A stretch of 64,000 nt of DNA from Candidatus Gastranaerophilales bacterium (GCA_944325185.1 CALUZA010000059.1:6140-70139); one strand, 5' to 3'; shown: positions 38,274-48,806, counted from the stretch's first letter. Program-made: numbers and translations. Notes: generated by a model from the sequence alone, not told the origin.

Positions 38274-39055
38274 ACCAAATAAACATCATCTTTTATATCA
38301 AAAAATGTCTTTGCACTTTTTTTGAATTCATCAGGATTTTTTGATACAAAAAACTTAATTTCACCTTTATCTTTGTAAAAATCCTGACTCAATTTTGCTT
38401 CATTTTTAACAATTTCAGCTAAACATCCCGCAGGATTAAAATATTCAACATCGGGATTAATTTTTCTAAACATATCAAGCAAATAAGGATAGTGCGTACA
38501 GCCTAATATAACCCTTTTTGCATTATTTGTTTTAACCATATCCAATTTAGATTTAACTAAATCAATGGCATTTTTATCTTCGTAAAGTCTATTCTCAACT
38601 ATTTCAACAAACCCCGTGCAATCAATACCCAAAATATCAATTTTTGAATTATATTTTTTTATCTCAGCTTCATATTTTTTAGAATTAATCGTTGCTTTTG
38701 TTGCCAAAACTGCAATCAAATCTCCATTTTTAAGATTTTTCGACGCATCCTGTGCTACAGTTTGAATTAAAGGAAAAATTTTCAAAACATCATTAAATTC
38801 AACTTTTAATTTGTCATAAGCAACAGCAGAAGTTGTATTACAAGCAAAAACAACATTTTTTACATTTTTATAAACAAAAAATTCCAATATTTTTTTTGTA
38901 TAGAAATATATTTCGTCGGGAGTTTTTGTCCCATAAGGCATATTTTTTGTATCACCATAATATAAAAAATTACCTTCTGGCATAACCTTTACAAGTTCGG
39001 ATAATACACTCAGACCGCCAACTCCGCTATCAAGTACCCCAATATATTCCTTCAT
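38270..39055 (-). CDS. murI: glutamate racemase
   Basis: GVLDSGVGGLSV, ACNTTSA and GCTHYP catalytic Cys motifs. Confidence 0.9.
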   Translation of the reverse strand: MKEYIGVLDSGVGGLSVLSELVKVMPEGNFLYYGDTKNMPYGTKTPDEIYFYTKKILEFFVYKNVKNVVFACNTTSAVAYDKLKVEFNDVLKIFPLIQTVAQDASKNLKNGDLIAVLATKATINSKKYEAEIKKYNSKIDILGIDCTGFVEIVENRLYEDKNAIDLVKSKLDMVKTNNAKRVILGCTHYPYLLDMFRKINPDVEYFNPAGCLAEIVKNEAKLSQDFYKDKGEIKFFVSKNPDEFKKSAKTFFDIKDDVYLV

Positions 39056-39056
39056 T

Positions 39057-41042
39057 TTATTTTAAATACTCCAATATACCCTTTACAATTGCATCTGCAA
39101 TTTGTTCTTGTCTGTCTTTCGTGAGTAATTTAGCTCTTTCTTCAAGATTTGAAATAAATCCCATTTCAATCAATACGCTCGGAGCTTCAGTATGATTTAT
39201 AACATAAAAACATGATTTAATCACACCTCTGTCTTTTGTTTCCCATTTTTTAAGATTTTTTTCGCTTGCAAAATTAGAATGAATTTTTTGAGCAAGTTCA
39301 TAACTGTCATCTTTATAATAATGCGTTTCAACCCCGTAAGAGTCTTCTTTTACGGTTGAGTTTGTGTGAATGCTAACATATATATCAGGAGCAAGTTCAT
39401 TAGAATAATTAACTCTATCTTCAAGGGTCATGGTTGTGTCTTTTGTCCTTGTCATATAGACATAAATATTCTTTTTTTCCAATTTTTCTTGTACAAGTTT
39501 TGCAACGGCAAGGTTTAAAGTTTTTTCATAATATCCGCCGCCAATTGCACCACTATCCGCGCCACCATGACCCGGATCAAGCACAACTTTTTTCATTGAA
39601 CTTATTGTGGGCGGTTCTTTTTTCTTTTTGGGTTTTTCTACTTTTGGCTTTTCATCTTCTTTTGGAATGTATACAACATTTATATTTCCCGATTTATATT
39701 CTTCTTTAGTCTCTTTATTTGTATTAGTTGAAGCAATAACTACCTCATTTTTAACAGCAGGAACATTTGCGGGTTTTTCTTTGAAACAAAGTTTTATAGA
39801 TTTCGAATTGCTTTCAATATTTGCATAGGCAAAATTTAAATCTTTCATTGGAATTATAAAACGAGTTTTATCTTGAGAAATTTTAAGCGCAGACACTTTT
39901 ATATTACTTGTTTTAAGCATTTGCTCAAAAAGCAAAGCATTATAATCTCCAAGATTATTTACATCCAAATAGAAATTATCGTTCAATTCAAAAACATCAT
40001 ACGTAACTGATTGATTAAAGACAATATCAAAAATACTATACCCGCTTGAATTCTTAGTCATCTTATAAGAATTAACTTTTGCAGTATTTGTTGAAAAAAT
40101 AGTATTAATCACATAAGTTCTATGTGAAACAAAAAGACTTTGTCCATCCGGAGATACGACAAATCTAAAGTCTCTTGTATTATCGCTTTCAAGTGTTAGT
40201 TTAACTTTTCTTGTATTTAATTTGCTTATTGTTAATGATGCTTTTATTTTATTTGAACTTGGAATATTATATGTTTTATTTTCAAGTTTTTTTGCAAGAG
40301 TTGCACTATCCAAAATAACCGTTGCTTCAGTATTTTCAGGATTATACGAAGCTCTTTGCATTGAAATTTGACCCAATCCCCTTAAAATCAAACCATCTGA
40401 ATTTTGACTTACCTGACTTAAATAATATTTTGTTTGAAGTCTTGGATTTATTTCAATTACATCATTTGAATTATTATATGTTAGAGTTGCGGAAGTGTTT
40501 TGCAATAATGCAGACTGTGCAGAATCTCCGCTTGGAGTATAAAATTTATATTGAATAGAATTATCTATAATTGAAGAATTATATTTAACAACAATATCTG
40601 TCCCATTTGTATATGTTTTAAACTTTGATAAATCGGATTGTTTATTAACCGTAAAAACAATTCTAACAACATTAGGATTAACCGAAAATTGACTCAGTGC
40701 AACATTTTGAATAATTGAATTTTGAAGTTTATAATTCCTGCTTGAACCTATAAGAGTTGCATTAGGAACATCTATAACATATCTAAAAGGAGAACTTATT
40801 GTAAAAGTTGTTATATTATTTATTAAATTAATTGAATTATTCGAATTTGGCGTAGGAACATAAACAGCACTTTGGGCGCTTTTAAAATTTCCCGCTCCTC
40901 TTATATAAATCAACCTATCAGAATTATCAATAACTATATCTTTAATTTTAAAATTTTCAGCACCATAGGCACTGCAAAGTATACCCTGCAGCGCCATCAT
41001 TAGTGAAAATACTATGATTGCTGTAAACTTAAATAATTTCAA
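39057..41042 (-). CDS. N-acetylmuramoyl-L-alanine amidase (AmiC-like) with N-terminal AMIN-type domains
   Basis: Signal peptide and long beta-rich N-terminal repeats. C-terminal Amidase_3 core: VVLDPGHGGADSGAIG...SIHTNS...VLIEMGFISN. Confidence 0.85.
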   Translation of the reverse strand: MKLFKFTAIIVFSLMMALQGILCSAYGAENFKIKDIVIDNSDRLIYIRGAGNFKSAQSAVYVPTPNSNNSINLINNITTFTISSPFRYVIDVPNATLIGSSRNYKLQNSIIQNVALSQFSVNPNVVRIVFTVNKQSDLSKFKTYTNGTDIVVKYNSSIIDNSIQYKFYTPSGDSAQSALLQNTSATLTYNNSNDVIEINPRLQTKYYLSQVSQNSDGLILRGLGQISMQRASYNPENTEATVILDSATLAKKLENKTYNIPSSNKIKASLTISKLNTRKVKLTLESDNTRDFRFVVSPDGQSLFVSHRTYVINTIFSTNTAKVNSYKMTKNSSGYSIFDIVFNQSVTYDVFELNDNFYLDVNNLGDYNALLFEQMLKTSNIKVSALKISQDKTRFIIPMKDLNFAYANIESNSKSIKLCFKEKPANVPAVKNEVVIASTNTNKETKEEYKSGNINVVYIPKEDEKPKVEKPKKKKEPPTISSMKKVVLDPGHGGADSGAIGGGYYEKTLNLAVAKLVQEKLEKKNIYVYMTRTKDTTMTLEDRVNYSNELAPDIYVSIHTNSTVKEDSYGVETHYYKDDSYELAQKIHSNFASEKNLKKWETKDRGVIKSCFYVINHTEAPSVLIEMGFISNLEERAKLLTKDRQEQIADAIVKGILEYLK

Positions 41043-41135
41043 TGGTTTTCCTTTACTTTAATTTTAACATCAACTTTTTAATATTAACTAATACGGATTA
41101 TTGAATTTTTAAATCAATTAATATAGTATTTACTT

Positions 41136-42005
41136 ATGGATTTGAAAAAGAATATCGGAGCTTATTTATTTTTAGTGCCTGCATTTGTGGTACTTTTGAT
41201 TTTTTTCTTTATTCCATTTTTTCAAACAATATGGTTAAGTTTTTTTGACTATTCAAAAGACATCTATTCGCCAAATTTTGTTTTTCTAGATAACTATTTT
41301 GAACTTATCAAATCTCCGTTATTTTTAAAAACAATATTAAATACTTTTTATTTTTTAATTCTTTGCGTACCATTTCTGGTAATTTTTCCGTTATTTTTAG
41401 CAATTTTAATTAATCAAAACATAAAATGTAAAAACATATATAAAATTATAATTTATCTGCCTGTTATTATATCAATAGTAGTGGTAGCAATAGCCTTCAA
41501 GTGGCTATATAGCCCGAGTGGTTTATTAAATTTCTTTATTGAAAAATTCGGATTTTCCGCTATCGGCTGGCTTTCAGACCCTAAAGTATCTATGATTTCC
41601 GTTGCCCTGGTTACAATTTTCAAAGGGGTCGGATACTACATGATGATATATTTAAGCGCATTAATGAGTGTCCCAAAAGAACTCTATGAAGCAGCAGAGG
41701 TGGATGGCGCAGTTGGCTTTAAAAAACATATGTTGGTTACAATACCCCACATTATGCCGATGATTGCACTTGTGAGCACAATAAGCTCAATTTCAGCACT
41801 AAAAGTTTTTGTTGAAATATATGTTATGACAAGAGGCGGCCCATTAGATTCAACAAAAACAATAGTTTATTACATTTATGAAAAAGCGTTTGAAAATCTG
41901 GATTTAGGGCTTGCAAGCGCAGGTGCCGTCATTTTGCTTTTCGTCGTTATGGGCTTTTCTGTTTTAAATATTTTTGTTTTTGAAAAGGATAAATACAAAG
42001 TATGA
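41136..42005 (+). CDS. carbohydrate ABC transporter permease (MalF/UgpA-like)
   Basis: Six TM segments and the EAA loop ELYEAAEVDGAVGFKKHMLVTIP. Confidence 0.85.
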   Translation: MDLKKNIGAYLFLVPAFVVLLIFFFIPFFQTIWLSFFDYSKDIYSPNFVFLDNYFELIKSPLFLKTILNTFYFLILCVPFLVIFPLFLAILINQNIKCKNIYKIIIYLPVIISIVVVAIAFKWLYSPSGLLNFFIEKFGFSAIGWLSDPKVSMISVALVTIFKGVGYYMMIYLSALMSVPKELYEAAEVDGAVGFKKHMLVTIPHIMPMIALVSTISSISALKVFVEIYVMTRGGPLDSTKTIVYYIYEKAFENLDLGLASAGAVILLFVVMGFSVLNIFVFEKDKYKV

Positions 42006-42844
42006 AAATAAGAATAAAAAATATTTTAATTCATATAATATTAATTTTGGTTTGCATACTTTCTTTAATACCTTTTTTGTGGCTACTTTCAACTGCGCTA
42101 AAGGGAAGAAGTGAAAATATTTTCGCCTATCCCCCCGTTTTTATCCCTAAAGACTTTACTCTTGAAAATTTTAAAGAAGTTTTAAGGCTTGTTCCAATTG
42201 TAAAATATGTTATAAACAGCTTTATTGTTGCCGCTTCAACAGTTGTTTTAAATGTAATTCTATCGGCCTTAGCTGCCTATCCTCTTGCAAGAATGGAATT
42301 TAAAGGAAAAAAAATTGCTTTTTTTGCAATTCTTGCAACAATAATGGTACCGTTTCAAACAATAATGTTACCTATTTACATAATAACTTTAAAACTGCAT
42401 TTAATTGACAGCTACTCAACTCTTGCAGGATATTTAGGATTAATTATGCCTTTTGCCGTTAATGCTTTTGGTATATTCCTTTTACGACAAGCTTTCTTGA
42501 CTATTCCAAAGGAAATTGAAGAAAGTGCGGTCATAGACGGATGTAATTCGTTTCAAATATTTTTCAAATTGCTTCTCCCAATGATTAAACCATCAGTCGC
42601 ACTTCTTGCAATTTTTACTTTCATTGGTTCATGGGGAGAGTTTTTATGGCCAAGTATTGTTCTAACAAATGAAAAATTATTTACCCTTCCTGTCGGAATA
42701 AATAATCTTTCAAGCGCATTTAGCGCAGATTACAGACTTGTTGCAGCAGGATCAATTGTAAGCATTATTCCAATTATTATCTTTTTCCTTGCTCTTCAAA
42801 AATATTTCATATCAGGCTCAACAGATGGCGCAGTTAAAGGATAG
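42002..42844 (+). CDS. carbohydrate ABC transporter permease (MalG/UgpE-like)
   Basis: EAA loop EIEESAVIDGCNSFQIFFKLLLP. Shows 4-nt ATGA start/stop overlap with the upstream permease. Confidence 0.85.
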   Translation: MKIRIKNILIHIILILVCILSLIPFLWLLSTALKGRSENIFAYPPVFIPKDFTLENFKEVLRLVPIVKYVINSFIVAASTVVLNVILSALAAYPLARMEFKGKKIAFFAILATIMVPFQTIMLPIYIITLKLHLIDSYSTLAGYLGLIMPFAVNAFGIFLLRQAFLTIPKEIEESAVIDGCNSFQIFFKLLLPMIKPSVALLAIFTFIGSWGEFLWPSIVLTNEKLFTLPVGINNLSSAFSADYRLVAAGSIVSIIPIIIFFLALQKYFISGSTDGAVKG

Positions 42845-43765
42845 TTAATTATATCCAAAATCTTTAATTGCATTTTTATCTTTTAGCCAATTTTTCTGAA
42901 CCTTAACAAAAAGCTCCAAATAAACTTTCTTTTCAAGCATTTTTTCCAACTCAAGTCTTGAAGCTTTTCCGATATTTTTAAGCATGACACCATTTTTTCC
43001 AATTAAAATGCCTTTTTGACTTTCGTTGTTAACAATTATTTTTGCAGAAATCTTGTCAATATTTTCTTCTTCTTTATAATTTTCAACAACAACTGCAACA
43101 CTATGAGGAACTTCATCTTTTGTGTTTAGTATAATTTTTTCTCGAATTACTTCACCTGCAATTTCTCTCATATTTGAATCGCAAATCATATCTTCATCAT
43201 AAAATTTTTCACCATAAGGCATATATTCTTTTATTTTTTTAATTAAATCATCGACATTTCTGCCTGTCTTTGCGCTAATTTTGATTGAATCAACATTAGA
43301 ATTGAACATTTTTTTATAAGAAAAAAGATTTAATTCACGTTTGTTTAAATCTTTTATTAAATCAACTTTATTTAAAACCAATAATATTGGGGTTTTTGTG
43401 TCTTTTAAATAATTTTCATATATCCAATTATCACCCAAACCTGCAACTTCTGTTGCATCAACTAAAAATAAAATTAAATCCGCATCATCAAGAGCGCTTT
43501 TAGATTGTTCCGACAAATATTTACCAAGCTCATTTAAAGGTTTATGAACTCCGGGAGTATCAATTAAAATAATTTGAGAGTTTTCATCTGTGTATATTCC
43601 TTTAAGATTTTTTCTTGTTGTTTGTCTTAAAGGAGTTGCTATTGCAACCTTTTGACCAAGTATCTTATTTAAAAGTGTTGATTTTCCGACATTTGGCCTC
43701 GCAACAAGAACTGCAATTCCGGATTTAAAATTGTTATTTTCCTTTTTTTCAATTATTTTTTCCAT
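42845..43765 (-). CDS. era: GTPase Era
   Basis: ARPNVGKSTLLN (G1), DTPG (G3), NKVD (G4), and a C-terminal KH domain (GKNGVMLKNIG). Confidence 0.9.
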   Translation of the reverse strand: MEKIIEKKENNNFKSGIAVLVARPNVGKSTLLNKILGQKVAIATPLRQTTRKNLKGIYTDENSQIILIDTPGVHKPLNELGKYLSEQSKSALDDADLILFLVDATEVAGLGDNWIYENYLKDTKTPILLVLNKVDLIKDLNKRELNLFSYKKMFNSNVDSIKISAKTGRNVDDLIKKIKEYMPYGEKFYDEDMICDSNMREIAGEVIREKIILNTKDEVPHSVAVVVENYKEEENIDKISAKIIVNNESQKGILIGKNGVMLKNIGKASRLELEKMLEKKVYLELFVKVQKNWLKDKNAIKDFGYN

Positions 43766-43849
43766 TAGCCATCTTACTTCTTTTGCAATAATGCATATTT
43801 ATACTATAATATTAATAATTATAAATTAAAAACAAAAGGATAGTAAAAA

Positions 43850-45613
43850 GTGAACAGAGTTTTATTTAAAACAACAATATTAACACTTGCAATGTTTCTT
43901 ATTTCCACTGCAGCACAAGCGCTTGACAGTGAATATAAAAATTCCTTAACAAAAGTTGAACTTACAAAAACAAACGAAAATTCATACAATGTTAATTTGT
44001 ACACATCAAAAAAATTCTCTGAACCCGTAAAAATAATCAAAAAAAGCGATTTAAGCTACTATATTTTACTTCCTGAAACAAAAAACTCTTCCTCTCAAAC
44101 TGCTTTTAATTCAACAGATATAAGAAATGTAAATACCAAATCTTATCAATATGCAGGTGCAGACGTTAATAACGGCTACACTAAAATTGATATTAACACA
44201 ACAAAACCAATTAATTTTAACTTATCAATTAAAGATGCTTCTAAAACGGTAACCTCGCCGTCATCATCAATTGCATCAAACACCCCAAAAGCTGCCGCTA
44301 AAACCAACATAGAACCGGAAACTCCAAAAGTTCAAAAAAAAAATTTGGATTTTCAAAAAGCAAAAAATCTAAAAAAACAAATAATATTAGCTAAGCAGAC
44401 AAAAAAAGAAACGAACTCTGCTACTGTTAAAAAGCAGACAACAGTTACTAAAAAAACTGCAACATCAGCAACCAAAAAAACTGATTTAAACTCCGCTAAA
44501 AAGGAAGCGGTAACTTCAAAAACAATTGAAAACAAAACAATAGCACCACCTCTTGAGGTTGATAAAGCACCGGAATTTGAAACAACCGAAAATAATCAAA
44601 TCACATCCGAAGAAATCAAAACCCAAGAAGAAACACTTTCAGAAACATCAAAAGATGAAGATTTTGCAACAGAAGAAAACCTATCAAATCAAAAAGCTAA
44701 CAAAAACTATTTTTTGTTAGCTAAAAATAAATTAACCGCGCTAAAACATAAAATAGTAAACATAAAAAAAATAATATCCCTAAAACTTAATGAATACGGG
44801 TTAAATATTCGTGATTTAATTTTAATGGCATTTGCAGGAATAATAAGCTTTGTTGTAATGCTTTTAATTTTAACAAGAAAAACACCTCAAGCCAGACTAA
44901 AAAACAAAGCCGATTTATTTGATAAAAACGAAAAACCAAAATTAACACCCAAAAAACAAACCGAAGAAACAAAAAAACAACCAAACAACGGTCAATACTT
45001 TATTTTTGATAAAAATGTCAGACAAACAGGTTTTTGCGACCCTGCAACTTCTGCTATCAAAAAAAATTACGAACTTTCAAGCTATGAACCTGATTTAAGA
45101 AACAATTACAAAAGAGCCGAAATTTCACCATACGGAGACATTAAAGAAAATTCAAAAAACCACGATGAAAGCGAATATGATATAATTCAAAAAATATTAA
45201 AAGAAGATAGCGTCATTGAAATTGCTCAAGATGAGATTATAGAAACAAAAAAACAAACAGAAGAAATTAAAGAAAACAAAATGGCTACATCGCCAATTTC
45301 AAAAGAAGAAGTTAAACCCCAAATTAAACCTCAACAAACACAAGAACCTACTGTGCTATCAAGCGTCGAAATCGCTCCGGAAAGAGGTTTTATGTGCGTA
45401 ACATATAACGACAATATAAGCCTTATGGGCTACATTTTTGATGATGTATTTGCGCTCCACAACTTCAAAGCACCAAAGCTTGAAAACTATGATATTAAAT
45501 TCAGATTAACCGAAAAAGATGATAAATCAGCTTCCTTCATTGTAAAAGTGGACAAAACAAAAATGCTAATCAAAGTCACAAAATCATATATGAAACAGGA
45601 AGTTGTAATGTAA
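43850..45613 (+). CDS. hypothetical Lys/Thr-rich membrane protein with signal peptide and an internal TM helix
   Basis: GTG start after AAAGGA. Signal peptide ...ISTAAQA, a low-complexity K/T/E-rich middle, and TM helix LILMAFAGIISFVVMLLILT. Confidence 0.6.
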   Translation: MNRVLFKTTILTLAMFLISTAAQALDSEYKNSLTKVELTKTNENSYNVNLYTSKKFSEPVKIIKKSDLSYYILLPETKNSSSQTAFNSTDIRNVNTKSYQYAGADVNNGYTKIDINTTKPINFNLSIKDASKTVTSPSSSIASNTPKAAAKTNIEPETPKVQKKNLDFQKAKNLKKQIILAKQTKKETNSATVKKQTTVTKKTATSATKKTDLNSAKKEAVTSKTIENKTIAPPLEVDKAPEFETTENNQITSEEIKTQEETLSETSKDEDFATEENLSNQKANKNYFLLAKNKLTALKHKIVNIKKIISLKLNEYGLNIRDLILMAFAGIISFVVMLLILTRKTPQARLKNKADLFDKNEKPKLTPKKQTEETKKQPNNGQYFIFDKNVRQTGFCDPATSAIKKNYELSSYEPDLRNNYKRAEISPYGDIKENSKNHDESEYDIIQKILKEDSVIEIAQDEIIETKKQTEEIKENKMATSPISKEEVKPQIKPQQTQEPTVLSSVEIAPERGFMCVTYNDNISLMGYIFDDVFALHNFKAPKLENYDIKFRLTEKDDKSASFIVKVDKTKMLIKVTKSYMKQEVVM

Positions 45614-45762
45614 TGAAAGACATGCGCCCCAAATCAACAAAAAAGAAGAAAAAACCTAAATATAAAGATTTAAATACAAAAAACTGGGGTATAAATTACA
45701 ACAAAAATGAATACCAAGAAATCGTTTTATCAAACTCTAATCATCCAGAAATAATCAAATAA
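45613..45762 (+). CDS. possible small basic protein (49 aa), own ORF call
   Basis: The ATG overlaps the upstream stop (TAATG). Translation: MKDMRPKSTKKKKKPKYKDLNTKNWGINYNKNEYQEIVLSNSNHPEIIK*. The only support is translational coupling geometry. Confidence 0.25.
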   Translation: MKDMRPKSTKKKKKPKYKDLNTKNWGINYNKNEYQEIVLSNSNHPEIIK

Positions 45763-45768
45763 TCTTAA

Positions 45769-46332
45769 TTATTTTTGTTCAGAACTCATTTGTTGTATTG
45801 AGTCGTTTGATTTCATCTCTTGAAGTCTTTGTTGACCATTCATTACAACCTGATATAGTCTATTTAAGTCTTGCTCTAAATTGTTCAATAAAGCTTGAGC
45901 ATATTCTTGGGATTCTTCCTTCATTCTAATTGAATCATTTTTTGCACTCAATCTAAGCTCTTGCGCTTCATTAAAAGCTGCCATCTTAATTTGTTGGCAT
46001 TCTTCAAATACCGTTTGTCTAAATTTTTCTGCGTGCTCTTCCATCGCTTTATTAAGACTGGATTCATTTAAAAGCTTATATCTCTCATTTTCAGCATCTT
46101 GAATAATTCTTTCAGCTTTTAACTTTGCATCTTGTATAATTTCATCTTTCTTTTTTAAGATAATTCTAGCATCTTGAATTTCATCAGAGATTGCATTTGG
46201 AAAAGCATTAACGATTTTATACAATTCTTTTGTATTAACTATCATACGACCGGGAAAAATTGGAATACCGTCATCGCACAATGTACTTAAATCATCTATT
46301 AAATCAAACATTTTATTTACTGATTCAGTCAT
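45769..46332 (-). CDS. coiled-coil protein of the family often annotated 'ATPase' (ATP-synthase-b/V-ATPase-H-like)
   Basis: FDLIDDLSTL...IPIFPGRMIVNTKELYKIV...PNAISDEIQDARIILKKKDEIIQDAKLKAERIIQDAE. Translationally coupled to coaD. Confidence 0.6.
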   Translation of the reverse strand: MTESVNKMFDLIDDLSTLCDDGIPIFPGRMIVNTKELYKIVNAFPNAISDEIQDARIILKKKDEIIQDAKLKAERIIQDAENERYKLLNESSLNKAMEEHAEKFRQTVFEECQQIKMAAFNEAQELRLSAKNDSIRMKEESQEYAQALLNNLEQDLNRLYQVVMNGQQRLQEMKSNDSIQQMSSEQK

Positions 46333-46333
46333 T

Positions 46334-46843
46334 TTATCTTAATACCTTTCTTAAATCATCTTGTAAATATTCTACCACATTTTTAGGAACAAATTTAGAA
46401 ATATCTGTATTATATTTTGATAATTCCTTTACTATGCTGGAAGAAATAAAATTATGCTCCGGACGCGTTGATAAAAATACAGTGTCAATATCCGGCGCAA
46501 TAACCTGATTTGTTTGGCATAGCTGTATTTCATATTCAAAATCAGTTATAGTTCTTAATCCTCTTATTAAAAAATTAGCACCGATTTGTCTTGCATATTC
46601 AACAGTCAAGCCGTCAAAACTTGCAACCGAAACATTATCCATATCTTTAACTGCCTCTTGTATTAATTCAACTCTTTTTGAAGCTGATAAAAATTGTTTC
46701 TTCTCCGGATTATTCAAAACCGCAATAACGACAAAATCAAACATTCTGCGGGCTCTTTCAAGCACATCAATATGTCCGTTTGTGATTGGATCAAAACTTC
46801 CCGGATAAAGTGCTATTTTTTTGTCTGAAATAGGATTAACCAT
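46334..46843 (-). CDS. coaD: phosphopantetheine adenylyltransferase
   Basis: ALYPGSFDPITNGHIDVLERA (T/HxGH nucleotidyltransferase motif) and ISSSIVKE. Confidence 0.9.
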   Translation of the reverse strand: MVNPISDKKIALYPGSFDPITNGHIDVLERARRMFDFVVIAVLNNPEKKQFLSASKRVELIQEAVKDMDNVSVASFDGLTVEYARQIGANFLIRGLRTITDFEYEIQLCQTNQVIAPDIDTVFLSTRPEHNFISSSIVKELSKYNTDISKFVPKNVVEYLQDDLRKVLR

Positions 46844-46931
46844 AATTCATATTATAGTATTAAAAAATAATTATATTCAACCTGAAAGAATTATTTTTTA
46901 AATTTTTAATAAATTCTTTACATAAATCACT

Positions 46932-47498
46932 CTATTCAACATCAGGATGAAAATTTTCAATTAATTCAATTAATTTATCCTGCCATCCCGTATCTTTTTT
47001 CAAAAATATATCCGCTCCGCCATTTAAACATTTTACCCTGTTTTCTGCCTTATTTGAAGCAGTAATAACTACAATTTTTGTATCTAAATTATTTTTTGTA
47101 ATTATCTTTTTGGTTTCATTTAATAATGTGTAGCCCTCTTGTTCGGTTGAAACAAATAAATCCATAATAACAAAAGCATAATTTGAACGAACAAAAGTAT
47201 TTAAACCGCTAAAAATATCCTTTGCAACCTGAACATTATATCCTAAGTTTCTAAGCAAAATTTTAAGTTGATACGTAACAACACCTATATCATCAATAAC
47301 AAGAATATTATTTGAAGATGGAGTAAAGCTTTCATGACTTTCTCCAAGAGAAGCTCCTGAAGTATTATCTGAATTTTTGAGTTTATAGACCATATCTAAA
47401 AGATTTTCATCTGTAATTTCACTTGGAACATCAACTTTAGCGATCCTGAAAAGTTCTTTTAAGATTTCCGCATTTACTTCTACTTTTTTTTCACTCAT
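46932..47498 (-). CDS. CheY-like single-domain response regulator with an N-terminal extension of about 60 aa
   Basis: Receiver motifs: VIDD, phospho-acceptor VIMDLF, VVITAS, FLKKD. Sits directly downstream of fliM-fliN. Confidence 0.8.
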   Translation of the reverse strand: MSEKKVEVNAEILKELFRIAKVDVPSEITDENLLDMVYKLKNSDNTSGASLGESHESFTPSSNNILVIDDIGVVTYQLKILLRNLGYNVQVAKDIFSGLNTFVRSNYAFVIMDLFVSTEQEGYTLLNETKKIITKNNLDTKIVVITASNKAENRVKCLNGGADIFLKKDTGWQDKLIELIENFHPDVE

Positions 47499-47516
47499 AA
47501 CTTATCCAAACCAAAA

Positions 47517-47828
47517 CTATTCTTTTTCAGCAATATCTGTAATTCTTAAACCAAAATTATCCTCAATAATAACAACCTCGCCTCGAGCAACCTCTCGACC
47601 GTTTGCAAGCAACTTAATAGGTTCAACCGTTTTATTATCAAGCTCTATTATGGAACCTTTTGTTAAATCCAAAACCTTTTTTAAAGTTATATCAGTTTCA
47701 CCCAATATAGCAGAAAGCTCAAGCTCAACATCCAATAAAAGATTGTATGTCTTTGACTTTTCTACCTTGACAGGTTTTTCAACGCTCTCAAGCTTAGTTA
47801 TATCAAGATTTTTAGGCTCTGTTGACAA
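47517..47828 (-). CDS. fliN: flagellar motor switch protein FliN
   Basis: SpoA/FliN core: LLLDVELELSAILGETDITLKKVLDLTKGSIIELD...LLANGREVARGEVV. Confidence 0.85.
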   Translation of the reverse strand: MSTEPKNLDITKLESVEKPVKVEKSKTYNLLLDVELELSAILGETDITLKKVLDLTKGSIIELDNKTVEPIKLLANGREVARGEVVIIEDNFGLRITDIAEKE

Positions 47829-47831
47829 ACG

Positions 47832-48806
47832 CTACTCCTTTTCATGGTATTGATCCATAATCTTAACACACAATTTATTTTGTACCACTCCGGGAACGAC
47901 AAAAAATTTTTCCTTTTTATTTATACAAGCAACAAGTTCTTTATCAAGTTTTTGATCCAATTTTATTACATCATCGACTTTCAAATCTAAAACTTCATTA
48001 ATTTCAATATTCGCTTTGCCCAAAATTACCTGCATTTCAAGCTCTGCTGTTTTTATTTTTTCAAGTGTTTCATTTTTACCAATTTCATTTGCAGCAACAC
48101 TTGCGTGTTGATAAATATATTGCGGAGTTAATTTTGGCAAAACCGTTTCTAATACAGGATAAGGGAAGCATATATTCATTAAACCAAAATTCTTTTGTCC
48201 CAATCTAACTTCAAAAGAAATCAATGTAACAATTTCACCACTCGTGGTTATAGGAACGGAATGATAGCCGTTAGCAAGAGTAACGAATTCGGATTTAACA
48301 GGTAAAATTGTACCCCAGGCTTCTTCCAATATCTTAATAATTTTTTCAACAAATTTAGTAGTCAAAAGCTCTTCAATTTGAGTTAATTCACGCCCATGGT
48401 CATTCATAACCCCTGAGCCACCAAGCATTCTATCTAATACTACAGCCAAAACCTCGGGACTCATACCCATTGAAATTTCGCCCGAAAGAGGATTAAGCTT
48501 AAATATCATATTTTGAACATGAGAAGGCATAGAACAAATATATTCTTCATAAGTAAGTTGATCAACGGAAATAACGTCAATTTCAACTTCCATTCTTAAA
48601 TATCCTGTTAAAACAGTAGCAAGATGACGCACAAAATCCCTGTGTATATCTTGCAAAGCCTTCAAGTGTTCTTTTGAAAATTTATCCGGACGTCTAAAAT
48701 TATAAAGTTTGCAACCTCTCTTAAACTCATCCGACATTGAAACTTCAAGATTAAACTTACTTTCTTCTCTAATATTATCTTCTATGTTAAAATCCTGATT
48801 TTCCAT
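47832..48806 (-). CDS. fliM: flagellar motor switch protein FliM
   Basis: LYNFRRPDKFSKEHLKALQDIHRDF, a middle CheC-like domain, and a C-terminal SpoA domain (LEMQVILGKANIEINEVLDLKVDDVIKLD). Confidence 0.85.
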   Translation of the reverse strand: MENQDFNIEDNIREESKFNLEVSMSDEFKRGCKLYNFRRPDKFSKEHLKALQDIHRDFVRHLATVLTGYLRMEVEIDVISVDQLTYEEYICSMPSHVQNMIFKLNPLSGEISMGMSPEVLAVVLDRMLGGSGVMNDHGRELTQIEELLTTKFVEKIIKILEEAWGTILPVKSEFVTLANGYHSVPITTSGEIVTLISFEVRLGQKNFGLMNICFPYPVLETVLPKLTPQYIYQHASVAANEIGKNETLEKIKTAELEMQVILGKANIEINEVLDLKVDDVIKLDQKLDKELVACINKKEKFFVVPGVVQNKLCVKIMDQYHEKE

